Below the pieces are notes generated by a model. The model ran no database searches. It saw only the letters and a list, made by a program, of their open reading frames with translations, and had not been told where the DNA came from. The translations under genes were made by a program, and so were the position numbers. 64,000 nucleotides of DNA, from positions 31,124,001 through 31,188,000 of the forward strand of contig NC_043002.1 of the NCBI RefSeq assembly GCF_006345805.1, written 5' to 3'. This DNA is from Octopus sinensis (lineage: Eukaryota). Below, piece by piece: positions 1 through 13,815 of this stretch (the stretch's first letter is position 1; every line of letters begins with the position of its first letter).

Positions 1-297
1 TTCTATCGGTCTCTTTTGCCGAACCGCTAAGTGACGGGGACGTAAACACACCAGCATCGGTTGTCAAGCAATGCTAGGGGGACAAACACAGACACACAAA
101 CATACACACATACATACATACATATACATATATACGACAGGCTTCTTTCAGTTTCCGTCTACCAAATCCAATCACAAGGCATTGGTCGGCCCGGGGCTAT
201 AGCAGAAGACACTTGCCCAAGATGCTACGCAGTGGGACTGAACCCGGAACCATGTGGTTGGTTAGCAAGCTACTTACCACACAGCCATTCCTGCGCC
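1..297 (-). mobile_element. tRNA-derived SINE, family 1 (head, body, internal CA/TA microsatellite, conserved tail; tail cut by window edge)
   Basis: Minus strand reads AGGCGCAGGAATGGCTGTGTGG (A-box-like) and GGGTTCAGTCCC (B-box-like). Homologous copies at 31756, 45573, 34795, 11139 and 52570. Confidence 0.85.
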
Positions 298-443
<146 letters not shown>

Positions 444-818
444 CTGACTCGACTCTGTCGGTCACGAATGTCCATAGGTGCACCTAAGAGGTTCCCCTCG
501 GGGTACAAGTCTTGACGGAAATTCGCCTCATCACCAAACGCACAACCTAGGCTGATTTTTAATATAAGACCAGTAGTCGCCCACACATACCAGCGTCCAA
601 TCTCTACGCCACCAATGTTATCCAAGAGAAAGGAAAAGACCGATGCAGCTTAACATAAGTTACGTCGCAACTCATTTCTTCAGGTTAGTGAACAGGAGCA
701 ACGTGAAATTGAGTGTCTTGCTCAAGAACACAACACGCAACCCGATCCTGGAATCCAACTCACAACCTCCTCACGATCGTAAGCTCGACGCTCTAATCAC
801 TGAGCCATGCGCCTTCAC
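444..818 (-). mobile_element. tRNA-derived SINE, family 2 (CORE-like central domain)
   Basis: Minus strand has A-box TGGCTCAGTG and a degenerate B-box. Central TTGAGCAAGACACTCAATTTCACGTTGCTCC...CTGAAGAAATGAG resembles the CORE-SINE domain. Homologous along its length to 52007-52366. Confidence 0.8.
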
Positions 819-3800
819 ACACATACATATATAAATGGTCGCACTCAAATGACTGAAATAACCAAAAGATTAAAAATACACAGTAATCAACGACTATCGC
901 GTGTGTTAGGTTCCACCACCACACCCGTGGTAGGGAGAATCAGCGAAATAAAAACAGTACTATACAGTATATTTTAAAAATTATATTTATAATTTGTATA
1001 TTTATTTTATAAATAAAAAAAAATCACAGACGGAGGAATCGACGTAAGCTGAAATGATATACCGCCATAGTTGAACCACAATATGGCATGGGATTACTAT
1101 ATATATATGTGTGGGGGGGGGTATTTATCTATGTGTGTGTGTGTGTGTATGTCTGTATGTGAACTTGTCACTTGACAAAATTCGTCTTTAGTGATAAATA
1201 AGAATTATTTATCACTAAATAATTCAGTATATATTTGGATAACCAGGTGAATATTATTGGATAGAGTAGATTCTTCCATACATACTTCTGCCTTTCAAGA
1301 TAATATATGAATGTGATAAAAGTATATAAAAAAACTAAAGAAACAGTAAATCCTTCGGTAGAAAATGACCAAGAAAGAGTAAAAGAAGTGGTAGAGGAAG
1401 AAAATATCACTGAATGTACAGAATAGAGACAAAGAAGATAACTTGGAATATAGCAGAAGACCTAAATGTAAAGTGGTGAAGAAAGAAATAAGGATCAGAA
1501 TTTGAGGAAGGATAATAGATTATATGACTATATAAGAATATAAGAAAGGCTGGAAAGAGAGCAAGAAAGCTGACAGATTGTGATGAAAGAGAGAGAATAT
1601 CCGAGGATAATTACGAAAAAGGATAAGTGAAATCAAAGAATTAGTCTGCGAGGAATTTTTTAGAAAAATTTCTAAAGGATTTTTGTTTGTATTGACAAAA
1701 TCAAACAAATATACAAATATTATTAAATAAAAATGACTTCTGCTTAATTCTCTCAAGAAAAACAGCTTCGGTTTTCTTTTCTAAAAAATAAAATCACACT
1801 TTATCTTTCTTTTTTTACTATCTGGCAATGAAAGTACTTTTATTTTTAATATTTGCCATAGAAAAATACTTTGTAAATCTGCCAAGGAATACAGTTTCTT
1901 TATAATTTGGCAAAACAAACAGTTTCTTTCTTTTTATTTTTGCAATTTACCAACGAAGCCGAATGTTTTTAATGCGCCAGCGAAACTGTCAGTGATGTAT
2001 TTTATACATTAGTTTTTGAGGCATAATCTTTTCATTCTGCATAAAATTACATATTAATACCCTGCTATTGTTTCAAGACTAAGCATTCGCTATACAAAAC
2101 GCATGTTTTAATAGCGTAAATGTAGACACTAGTTACAATTTTCGGTCATTCGATTGCTGTATATCAACTCTGCATACGTAATTAAGCTTAACTGATTATT
2201 ATTTCATTTCACTGAAAATCTGAAAATAATTTTTATATTTTAGGTTTGAGGACAGGACATATAAAGTTTATAACTGACTATTCGTAATTTTGCATAACGC
2301 GAGTCGTATCACTTTCTCTTCCTTTGTTAGCTATATGGCATAGATATATTAAACCTTTACCTGTATTCTGTATAACGTGAAGCAGAGGACATAGTTCTGT
2401 AGCATCTATGAATCATATGATACTTTTTTTTTTTTTCAGCCACCAGTATTTCTTGGTACTTATGAAAGAACGTAGGAAACAAGGGCGAACTAAAAACCTG
2501 AAAAGAAATATACGCGTTTACAACAAACTTGTGAAAAAGCTTTGGAGAGGCAAAGGGTTGATATATTTGTACAACAACGTATGGCATAAATATGGATAAT
2601 ATTTATGCTATACAACTATGTATAGGCCAAATATCTTTGATAATCAGAATGAATCAGCAGCTGATGTGCTACTGGTATTGTGTATAATTTAAGGCTGGTT
2701 TATATAGATTAGTGGTGCTGCACATGGCTCGTGTACGGTTGGCAAAAGCGGATGACAAATATGTTGCAGAAATTGGTCCGGAACTTAATTCCAAATCAGA
2801 TCCAGTCTTGCTTGCATTTTCCTGCCGTAAAAAAAGTACTAGTCAAACTCTGGGGCCCATTACTTTATTTTTCATTCTGACACTTATGTTAGTCAATGGG
2901 TTATGGGGTTGGCTCAGTCAAAGTGTTCCTTTTCTTGAAGAAGGTTGGGAAAATCAAAATTTAATATCAGCAGGGTTTGAAATCAGACTAAACAGCGTTG
3001 GAACTGATGTGTCACGGTATCATTTCTAACGCGCTAATAACGTTGTCAATTTGCCACCTCACTCTCTGTATTATCGTTAATAGGTTTCGATATAGAATCA
3101 AAGAAGACTTATACATAACTATAAGAACGAAATTTTTCATCGCCTAAGTACTATCGCCATTTATTTCTATCGTTACTGAAGAGCCGTGGTATAGCAACTT
3201 TATGGAGTTTGGATAAATTTGCAATATAGTATTTATACATTGATAACAAGCTACCGAAATACTTAGATCAGAATTGGGTCCCCTAAAACCGTGTCTTACG
3301 ATTGTACACAGAAATATACCCGGAACTAACCCTACAGCCGCCTTTATGAGGCTGTTCTAACAGATTGAAGGGGCTTCCAAATATCGGTTGAATCGCATCC
3401 ATTCCATCTCATTTCTTCCCACTTTTTCCTTCCTCTTTCTCTTCCTCATCATTTCAACCACCATGATCACAAACTGACATTTCATCGCCTGACTTTACAT
3501 ATAAATTAGTGTCATTGATGTCAGAATGAAATAACCGATAGCTAAAGTCACGTATTGTAATAATATCAAAGCAGAATCCCCCACCATTGTTATTTCTTTC
3601 TAATTGCTATTAGTCTTCTGCAGATGTTATAGATTCCTCTTGATATACTCTGTTTACCAATATCTCTGTTTTCCAAGCAAGATCTACTCTGATTTGTCAT
3701 ATGATCAGAAAGATGAGTGTAGCCTATTTTTCTCGCTATTTTTCCTTCATTGTTTGACGATGTCACAGACAGCAGAGGTATCTCTGTGCCAATATCTCCT

Positions 3801-4211
3801 AATCGGACGTAACACCATCATCCTTTCACTAGGATATGAATGTTACTAAACCCGTTTTTAAAAGAGATCTTCATGATCAGCTTCATCCAGTCATATATGA
3901 ACAAAGATAGATACAAAACGTTGTAAGACGCCGATATAGAAGCATACTGGTTATCGCAGCGGCAACGCATTTCATCATTGATCTACTCAATGAAGGATGA
4001 CCTGACACTAAACAACAGCAACGACAGCTACAACACTGAGTACAGCAAGAGAAGCATGTCCTGACTAAGAGTCTAGCTTGAGACCTATCACTTAATGCCG
4101 ATCTGTAACCCACGGATATCTCCTCCGATATACTGCCCTTTCGACTAACAAAGGCTCTTACTGTTGGAAGTGACAGCAATGTTTAAACATTCCTGTCACT
4201 TCACGGACAGG

Positions 4212-4229
4212 CTGCTGTTGCTGCTGCTG

Positions 4230-4287
<58 letters not shown>

Positions 4288-4299
4288 ACTACTACTACT
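4212..4299. repeat. (CTG)n/(CTA)n trinucleotide microsatellite
   Basis: Direct sequence. Confidence 0.95.
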
Positions 4300-4540
4300 A
4301 GGGTTCATTCATGACTGTACATTGCATCATATAATTTTCATCGTTTTAGGCTTGTATAACGATGACATCTATGAAACACATTTCATTGTTTATACATTCT
4401 ATGTATATCTTTGTGTATACATAAATACATTCATATTCATACATCCATATATATATACATATATATATGTGTGTATTTATATATATATATTTATATATAT
4501 ATATATGTGTGTGTGTATGTATATAATTGTATATTTATTT

Positions 4541-4654
<114 letters not shown>

Positions 4655-4864
4655 GTGTTTGTGTGTGTGTAATTGTATATGTATACATTTATTTATGGAA
4701 TGGGATATATTTTACCTGTTCATTCACTTATATAATTTTTCTTACAATTTTATTTATCTCGCCATAGACTTGCACTCACAGACACACACAGATACACACA
4801 TCTGTATGTATGTATGTTTCTTGTTGTTTTTTGTTTTTGCTTTGTTTTTATTGTGTGTGTGTAC

Positions 4865-5165
4865 ATGTCACTTAGTGGTTAAAGTATTCTGCTGACGAGC
4901 GTAAGACACCGCATTTTGCCCTTGATCAAGACACTTTGTTTCACATTGCACCACCTCAGTCACCTAGCAAGAAACGAGTAGTTTCTGTATTTTAAAGGGT
5001 CAGCTTTGTCACAATCTGTGTCGCGCTGAATCTACCTGATAACTATATTAAATTTACGTGTATCTGCGGGAGTCCTGAGCCATTTGCCCGTAAATTTCAC
5101 AAGCAGACGGTTCCGGTGAAAGGGACACCTACAATCCTCGTCACTGCAACTGACAGACTATCAGT
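4865..5165 (+). mobile_element. Degenerate CORE-like SINE
   Basis: CACTTAGTGGTT A-box remnant, then CCTTGATCAAGACACTTTGTTTCACATTGCACC, similar to the family 2 central domain. Confidence 0.5.
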
Positions 5166-5645
5166 CCGTATATGTATGCCCCTTCAATAAGCTGGTCTTG
5201 CAACCATGTGGTTTGTGGTTTGGTCTCAGTCCGTGATTATTTAGGTAAGCGTATTTTACAATGGGGTCGACCCAATCAATACCTGGTTAATAATATTCGG
5301 TCTGTGGAAACTATTGGGGTCTATGTGGAAGCCTTAAATATATGTATGTGTGAGTGCATATATGTACAGAAAAGTGAAAGAGTAACTGAGAGACAGACAG
5401 ACTGACTGACAGAGAACGACAGACAGGCAGAGTGAGAGAGAGAGAGAGAGAAAGAGAATGATAATTTTCTTTTATTCTCTTATTCCTCTTCTTTACGATC
5501 ATCATCATCAACATCATGATCGTTTTCCTACTACCCCTTCTTATCCTCCACTCTTTGTTCTATTATTTTTTATGTGTCAATCGTGATCATTAATATGGCT
5601 TTCTTCACTGTTCCGCTATATTTAATCTTCATCCACTTATAGTTG

Positions 5646-5654
5646 CCGTTGTTG

Positions 5655-5737
<83 letters not shown>
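5646..5737. repeat. (TTG)n/(TTA)n microsatellite
   Basis: Direct sequence. Confidence 0.95.
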
Positions 5738-6266
5738 GTTCGTTGATGTTGTCAGTGATGTTGATTATAGTAATAGTAGCGCGTACAGGGATGGTAGTAT
5801 TAGTATTTCCTTTTTATATAATTAGAGAAAAAAGTACAAAATTAAAGTACAGTGAAGGGGAAAAGGGTGTGACTGTTGCTACTGCAGTGGTGGTGATGAT
5901 GGCGGCAGTGGTGTCGAAGGATATAGCGACGGTGATAGCACTGGCGATGGTGATAAGAGTAAAGGAGGAAAGCAGAAAAAAAAAATTGTAAATATTTTTT
6001 TAAATAATTAAGGAAATGACGAGTAATTTATAAAATTATTTCAAAACTTCAAATGTCAATAACATAATTTGTTTCAATAAATGATTGAAATAAAGAACGA
6101 AAAGAATGAGAAGAATCAAAAAACACTTATAACTGGAAAATTGTAATTAGAAAGACGATATGATGAAAACGAAAATGGAGAGAGAAGAATAAAAATTAAG
6201 AAAATCAAGGCAAGTAATGAAGGAATAAAAGTGAACTCATAAGAGAAAGAAACACACAAAGAGTGA

Positions 6267-6318
<52 letters not shown>

Positions 6319-6584
6319 GGCAGAGAATGAGAGAGTGAGAAGAAGAAAGTATGAGGGAATGACCGAAGGAAAGTTAGTAGAAAGGAACAAATGGTGAAAA
6401 AGCAAATGAATGATTGAAAAAACTAATACGAAGTAGTGAGCAGGTATTTGACACGGAAAGAAAAATAGAAAGAAAGATATATATGAAAACATAACAAACA
6501 AGCAAAGACTACACGGGTGTCGATGATTGAAGGGACTAATAAAGAAATCCAGACAAATATGAGATGAAAAGTCAGGAAAACACA

Positions 6585-6621
6585 AATAATACTAATAATA
6601 ATAATAATAATAGTGATATTG

Positions 6622-6708
<87 letters not shown>

Positions 6709-6854
6709 GTAATAGTATAATAATAATAATGAGAAGGAAAGGAAAGACAAAGGGCCAGTATATTTTGATGGTTTAAAGAAAAGAAAATTAAAACATGGAT
6801 AAAGAAAATATAAAAATAGCGAAAACTGAGTAGGATGAAGTATAACGGAAAACT

Positions 6855-6923
<69 letters not shown>
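6585..6923. repeat. (AAT)n (6585-6730) and (GTA)n (6856-6923) microsatellites
   Basis: Direct sequence. Confidence 0.95.
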
Positions 6924-6924
<1 letters not shown>

Positions 6925-7559
6925 ACGAGGAAGAGACGGTGGAGGATCAGGAGCGTATCAGTTATGGAGGGCTTGAGCAGTCTTAATGCAGATAATGTGG
7001 CGAACTTAAATGTTAATTTCTGTCGTCAGTCAAATAATAAGCTATGGTATTAGACTGGTAATTGATACTGCAACGTTCGATTTCCAGTTGATAATAATTC
7101 CTATCGTAGTCATCATACACACACACACAGACACAAGCAAGTACACAGACATATATGCTTAGTACTATTTTTTAAATATTTCACCAACATAAAAAATGCC
7201 GGTTTCTAGCCTAGACACAAAGCTTTTTGGCTAGAATTTAGACAAGGAGAGATTAGTCATTCTGCGTGAGCGTGCGTATATCTAAGCTTCTAACTTTGCA
7301 TGCAATTATATTCATGCATGTACGTTTGTGTCCACAAATGCATAACATCAAATGCGTTAACATATCCATGTACATAGGTATGGGTGTAATTATATATGTG
7401 AATCTTATAACATACAAATCATCTCCAAATATTTACATATATGAGAATAGTTATTTGTATGCATATATGTATATATGTATATATTTATGTAAACATGTGC
7501 ATGTGTGTATGTTTACAGGTGTAATCTAGGCAGGTAGTATACACACTAAGCTCCAATTA

Positions 7560-7960
7560 ACAACTTTCGCCTTTCTTTTGTTTTTGTAGCGACCATTTTC
7601 CGTTAAAGACATTAGTACAATGATGAATTAAAGGTAATGTGGAGTTTCTCCTCAGTGCAGAGATCACCGCATCTTTTGCCGTTCTTACGAATAGACTGCT
7701 GTTTGGTTGCTGGTGTCGATGTCATCTTGTTAATGTCTTTTCCTTTGATAAATAATTTAAGAGGAAATTATTTTTCGTTTATCTTCTCTCATCGTTGGAT
7801 TGCAGTAGTTTTGAATTAAGCCAATTAATAGCACAGTGCATGTGCATGCCGCTATAGTTTACCTTAATGTTATTGTTGAAAAGTTTGTGCCTTTCACGGA
7901 CGTTTTTCGTTGCATTCCATGAAGAAAATGACACTGTAGATGTCTGTGTTGACGAAAGGT
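7560..7960 (-). pseudogene. Penelope-like element GIY-YIG endonuclease C-terminal remnant
   Basis: Minus strand gives KDIN...RKNGKRC(G)DLCTEEKLHI and further on GRYKNK. This resembles the K-x-C-x-L-C-x-x-E-K...CRHxNK ending of invertebrate Penelope endonucleases. Frameshifted. Confidence 0.55.
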
Positions 7961-8022
7961 ATTAAACCGATACGGCTTGTAATTTAAATAGTTATTCCTT
8001 AATAAGTATATTTTGTAAAATG

Positions 8023-8071
<49 letters not shown>

Positions 8072-9077
8072 CTATATATATATATATCTACATACACTCG
8101 TACGCGCACACACGCATGCACAAACACACACACACACATACACACAAACAACTATACATAAACACACAGTACGTGATATCTGTGTACAAGCATATGCGTT
8201 GATTTTGTTTTGTAATCTACGCTTCTCCATCTGTTTTGTCTCGTATTTTGCCATTGCCATTCATGTATAAACAATTTTCTCTCTCAGTGATCGTTTTGCG
8301 TGTCTCCTCATTTATAACTGTTGCCGTTTCCGTAATGACGAATCCGTTATATGAAGAGTATTGCAGGAAAGTGTTGAAATTGTAATGTTATGTGTTCGAA
8401 ATGATGAGAGCCTCACTGTTTTTGCAGTGTTTTCGTTTTAGCCGTACCTCTTGTACGATCCTTCTGAGTTATATGTTTCATTACAGACAGATCAACACTC
8501 ACAAATACGCACTCATTTTTCTCTTTTTTGCTCTTTCTTTCTTTTTTTTCTTTCTTTCATTATTTTTTTCTTTCTTTCTCTCTCTCTCTCTCTCTCTCCG
8601 ACACACAAAAACTTCTTTTATATATCAAATTGTTAAGCTCTCATCTATCCATTTGCATATCCAATCTGCTCCTCGTTACAATATATTGTATCTTTCAGTT
8701 CTACTTTTCTTATCAATGTCATAGACTTCTCTACGCCAATTGCAGCAAATCGCAACAGAAAATGCCAGTAAACAAATAATGTAACACTAAATTTTGCGTT
8801 TTGTGTACAGAAATGTATACCTGCTTCAATGCATGTTTATATTTGCATGAATACAAAGTATATATAACTGCTCTCTTCAAATAATTGTTCAACTTAAATC
8901 AAGTCTATGTTTACTCTCTAATATATAAAATATATATATAAAATATTATATAGCAGCGAGTGTTTTGTATACTGAAATACAAGCAGTTTGCATTTATTAC
9001 TTATGCATGAATATGGTTATTTTACAGGTGTGTATGAGTATGCTTCTGAATATACATATATGTATACACACACATTC

Positions 9078-9114
<37 letters not shown>

Positions 9115-9166
9115 CACATACATATATATGTATGCTTCTGAATATACATATATGTATACACACACA

Positions 9167-9227
<61 letters not shown>

Positions 9228-9230
<3 letters not shown>

Positions 9231-9412
9231 GGAGTAAACACATAAATGTGAAACAAGGTGGAAAAAAGAGTACTCAAATACCAGTGGTAGAGTAATATGC
9301 TTTATTTTAAGCAGCAGAAAATTCAACAAAATCTGTTACTCTGAGCTGATGAACGGCAACGAGAAACTCAGAGTAACAGATTTTGTTGAATTTTCTGCTG
9401 CTTAAAATAAAG
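9228..9412. mobile_element. Fold-back element with perfect 46-bp arms (9300-9345 / 9367-9412) and a hammerhead core in the 21-nt loop
   Basis: Arms are exact reverse complements. Loop CTGATGA-ACGGCAACGA-GAAA. Both ends abut (TA)n. Confidence 0.8.
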
Positions 9413-9789
9413 TATATATATATATATACATATACACATCTATCTATCTATCTATCTACCTACCTATTTATCTGTTCCAGATCCAAGGGCATATAATAAT
9501 CGAATTGATAGTTGATGTGTCAAGATATCAGCCTATTTATAACATGCAATTTTAAAAGTACCAGCAATGAGCGGGCACCAGTAATACCTAAATCTTGAAG
9601 ATAGATTCCAACAATTATTTAATGAACGTATCACTCTTCAACAATAGTACTGCTGTTGAGGAGTGATACCTACGTAAAATATATATCGACTTAGCCATCC
9701 GTAGAGAAATGCTAGATATATAGCAGGTAAATTCAGGACCTTTCTTACAGAAAAGTATGTGGGAGAAACTATCTGAAGAGTATGGTTGT

Positions 9790-10520
9790 TCTCGTTTGAG
9801 TATGATTGTTTTCGTCTGAGCATCGTTTGGGAAGGAAAATTTCATAAAATTTTGCATTTCTTCGATCCTAGCACATTTTCGACTCGATGATCAGAATATG
9901 TATCCCCAGGTTCAGCACCCATTTCTGACAAAGCTTCCAGTATAAAACTTTCACAACTTGGCGATACTTTGATTTCTTATATTCTCCCTGTACCAACTTG
10001 TGATCTTCTGCAGCAATGTGTGCCACTGTCTCATTCTAGACTTCACAAGCTCTATAGTTTTTGACTTATTCATATTATCCTCATAATCTCTGATGTTGTT
10101 TCATCTTATCGCTTGAACTTGAGCTGCTATAATTAAGTTTCTGCTTTTATTTTTTATTATTTGCCTTCTTTACCAAGCTTTTGTTCTACACGCATCCGCA
10201 GTGTCTTTCCAAAACTGAGCATGCTAAGGTTTCTCTACAATCTGTTAGACAATTTGATATCATTCTTGTTTTTTTCTCCAATTCCATGCTTAATGCCCTA
10301 CGGTCTTTAGTAATTTCTCTGTTGTCTTCTGTAAATATTTTAGTAGTCTTTTGCTATTCATCTCAACACACTCTTCCAAATCACTGAAGCCTCTTCCACC
10401 AAGATCTTTCTTCAAGTACAACCAGTTGATATCAGCTCTCGGATGGGGGCATGCATACATTGTCAACTGTTCTATCGCCTTTCTGTCAAGTTTCCCTATT
10501 ATTCTTAGCCTTATTATTTT
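9790..10520 (-). pseudogene. Old R4/Dong-type non-LTR retrotransposon fragment (post-RT to CCHC region)
   Basis: Translates with stops and frameshifts to LDRK...LTMYACPHPRADINWLYLKKDLGGRG, KP*HAQF, LIIAAQVQA, NETVAHI, VLYWKLCQKW, ENVLGSKKCKIL. Collinear with the element at 54.35-56.93 kb. Confidence 0.85.
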
Positions 10521-10579
10521 CTTACTATTATTAAGATTTTATAGTAACTTTATTGCGAGTATGCTCCATATGGTACGTA

Positions 10580-11040
10580 GTGTCAAATAGTGAAGGAGTA
10601 GCAAAGCTAACGATGATGCCCAAGCAAGACCTGAGCTTTAGAGCTGAAACTAGCTTTAGAGCTGAAATATATATATATTTTTTTTTATGCATACATATGC
10701 ATGCACATACATCCAGAATTCAGCTTCCTGATCCATTAATACTTGTTCTAATATATACGCAGTACATTGTATTGATAATTTAGATATATTGTATATATAC
10801 ATAAATATACATATATATATGTGTGTAAATATATATGCATATACATGTGCATGTATGTAAGAATGTATATAAGTATTGCATGTACTTTTGCATGTATACA
10901 TGTATTTATGAATAGCAGCCTCAAACTGTCTCATTTACTAAATGTCACAAATCAGAGGGGATGTCAATTAGTGAAGTTGTGGCAAAGCCAAAGGTGATGA
11001 CGAAGCATGACCTGAGCATTAGAGCTGAAACTAGTTAAAG
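10580..11040 (+). repeat. Diverged ~85-bp direct repeat (10580-10668 and 10961-11040)
   Basis: Both copies read approximately GTCAAWTAGTGAAG...GCAAAGC...GATGA...AAGCAWGACCTGAGCWTTAGAGCTGAAACTAG. Confidence 0.75.
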
Positions 11041-11138
11041 AATTAAAGCGTTATGTACAAACATATACATACATATACATGCACATACATACCGACAAAC
11101 ATATCATATATATATGTGTGTGTGTGTTTGTGTATCTA

Positions 11139-11333
11139 TGTTTGTCCATCCAACATCGCTTCATAACCGATGCTGACGTGTTTACGTCGCCGTAACTTAG
11201 CTGTTCGACAAAAAAGACCGATAGAAATAGTACTAGGCTTACAAAGAATCCTGGAGTTCTAGGGTCGATTTGCTCTTGACTAAAGGTGGTGCTCCAGCAT
11301 GGCCGCAGTGGAATGACTGAAACAAGTGAAAGA

Positions 11334-11334
<1 letters not shown>
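11139..11334 (+). mobile_element. SINE family 1, 3' half
   Basis: Matches the tail of the copies at 31756 and 45573 (CCGATGCTG...CAGCATGGCCGCAGT..AATGACTGAAACAAG). Confidence 0.85.
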
Positions 11335-11401
<67 letters not shown>

Positions 11402-11403
11402 CT

Positions 11404-11635
11404 AAAAATAAGGGTGTCTGAGAGGCACCACCATGCCGAAATAGCAGTCAAATCCCTGACTCTAAAAACCACGTTAAATGTTCATATTACTGAATATTCA
11501 GTAATATCTTCTTGCTAGTCTATTTTGTCCCTCTGTCTTATCTCATGGTGCGATATGAACATTTAACGTGGTTTTTAGAGCAGGAATTTGACTGCTATTT
11601 CGACATGGTGGTGTCTCTCAGACACACTTATTTTT
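11404..11635. mobile_element. Fold-back element with ~83-bp arms (11404-11487 / 11553-11635), each carrying a hammerhead-like core
   Basis: Arms are near-exact reverse complements. CTGAGA-stem II-GAAA-TAGCAGTC occurs in each. A perfect 24-nt palindrome ATATTACTGAATATTCAGTAATAT lies at 11484-11507. Confidence 0.75.
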
Positions 11636-12428
11636 AATTGTAAAAAATTATTACATTTCTATGGTATTTTTTCCCATGCTGGCCACTTGATAATATCGAT
11701 ATTTAAAATCGATATTATCCTTATTCGTAAATTTATATATATATATATATATATTTATGTAAGGCATCCTTAAATTATGTTAAGTATTCCTATGGTCTGT
11801 ATTGTCTTAATTTTCACCATTCCATAGACATCAATGGTTAAATTGCTTGTCTCTATTTTCAAAAGCAAAATTCCGATTATCACAAGTTTTCTATTTGTAC
11901 TTTATATATTCGGTAACTTTTGACATCATTTCTGTGAGAGAAAAAATTATCTGTTAAGAGTGATACTTCGTATATGATGTACTTCAACATTGAAAACAAT
12001 TTCGAGAAGTTTAATCTTAATTTTCCTGACGCTGTATCGTTAATGGCAGAATGTGGCACTATATTCTCTCCCATGATTATTTACCCATTCCAGCCAGTAT
12101 TTCATAATACTGCAATAACAGTAATTATTATAAATATTGCTATGGCCGTTGTTATAACGTTTTCCATTATTCCGCCATTTGCTTAAGATAAATAACATTA
12201 ATAATAGCACAATGTTTATTTCAGCAATCTTCAGCTTCATTATACAAATTTCGTATATATATGCATACAACATACATATATAAACACATATATACATGCA
12301 TACTTACACGCATACACATACATATTTATATAGATATATTCATATATAAGCACTTATATGCACATATATACACATGTACGAATATTATATGCACGCAGTA
12401 TAGATATCTATAACTTTAATATCGGTGT

Positions 12429-12466
<38 letters not shown>

Positions 12467-12602
12467 GTACACATATATATATAAATGCATAGAAACATAC
12501 ACACATATATAAAAAATAATTATATGTACAAATGTATAAATATATATACATGTATATATGTGCTTCTGTGTGTGCGTGTTTTGGTGTTTGTGTATGTCTG
12601 AG

Positions 12603-12638
<36 letters not shown>

Positions 12639-12953
12639 CCTGCATGCGTGTATAGGACGAACAAACGAAAATACCACACTATAACTAAAATTAATAATAT
12701 AATAAAAATCTAAAAGATATTTGAAGTCAGATCGAAAATAAATTTTAATTCAACGTTTATATTTATTGCGTGATATTTCTTTTATTTAATTCTTTTTTGA
12801 CCTTTTTCCCTTTATGTCTCCATCTCATATCTTTCACGGTCTCTCTCTTTCTCTTGCTTGTCCTTCCCCCTCCCTCTCACTGTGCAATTGTGTACGTATT
12901 TTACACACACATACATGCATACATATATAGATGTATATATATATATATATAAA

Positions 12954-13016
<63 letters not shown>

Positions 13017-13219
13017 TGCAGCTTTATAGTGGCATTCATTATATGTATTTAAAATTTCTTTTTAATTGTCTTCTTAATATTATTTCTTCCTCTTTCCGAT
13101 ATGAAAATTGTGAAAAATGTGAGCAAATGTGTTTTATTTTAAGGCTTGAATTCTAAACAAAGGAACAAATAGAATAAAGAGGAAAACAAAAAGTATACGC
13201 ATATAGTGATACACGCACA

Positions 13220-13252
<33 letters not shown>

Positions 13253-13420
13253 GCACACATACATATATACATACATGTATATATATATTTATATATATAT
13301 TCGTTATGATTCTATCAGTCTGATCGTGCGGGTTTTATGTATACGTTTTTCATTCGTTAAACAAAGAAGTGCTTACGCATAAATAACATACAGATGCACA
13401 TATAACCTCACACACACATA

Positions 13421-13815
<395 letters not shown>

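Noticed and set aside
1290-1760. Purine-rich, coding-looking stretch
   Set aside because: Stops in every frame and no motif I could assign.
3900-4200. IDLLNEG*PDTK, reminiscent of the Gypsy GWP linker
   Set aside because: Single short motif with no collinear RT, RNase H or integrase motifs.
5235-5250. TTTAG|GTAAGC ratchet-like site
   Set aside because: Lies within a degenerate SINE head and has a weak polypyrimidine tract.
7010-12240. CTGACGA-CA-GAAA (~7020, minus), CTGAGGA-GAAA (~7650, minus) and CTGAAGA-TTGCT-GAAA (~12225, minus)
   Set aside because: No room for stem II. The second is simply the TEEK codons of the endonuclease remnant.
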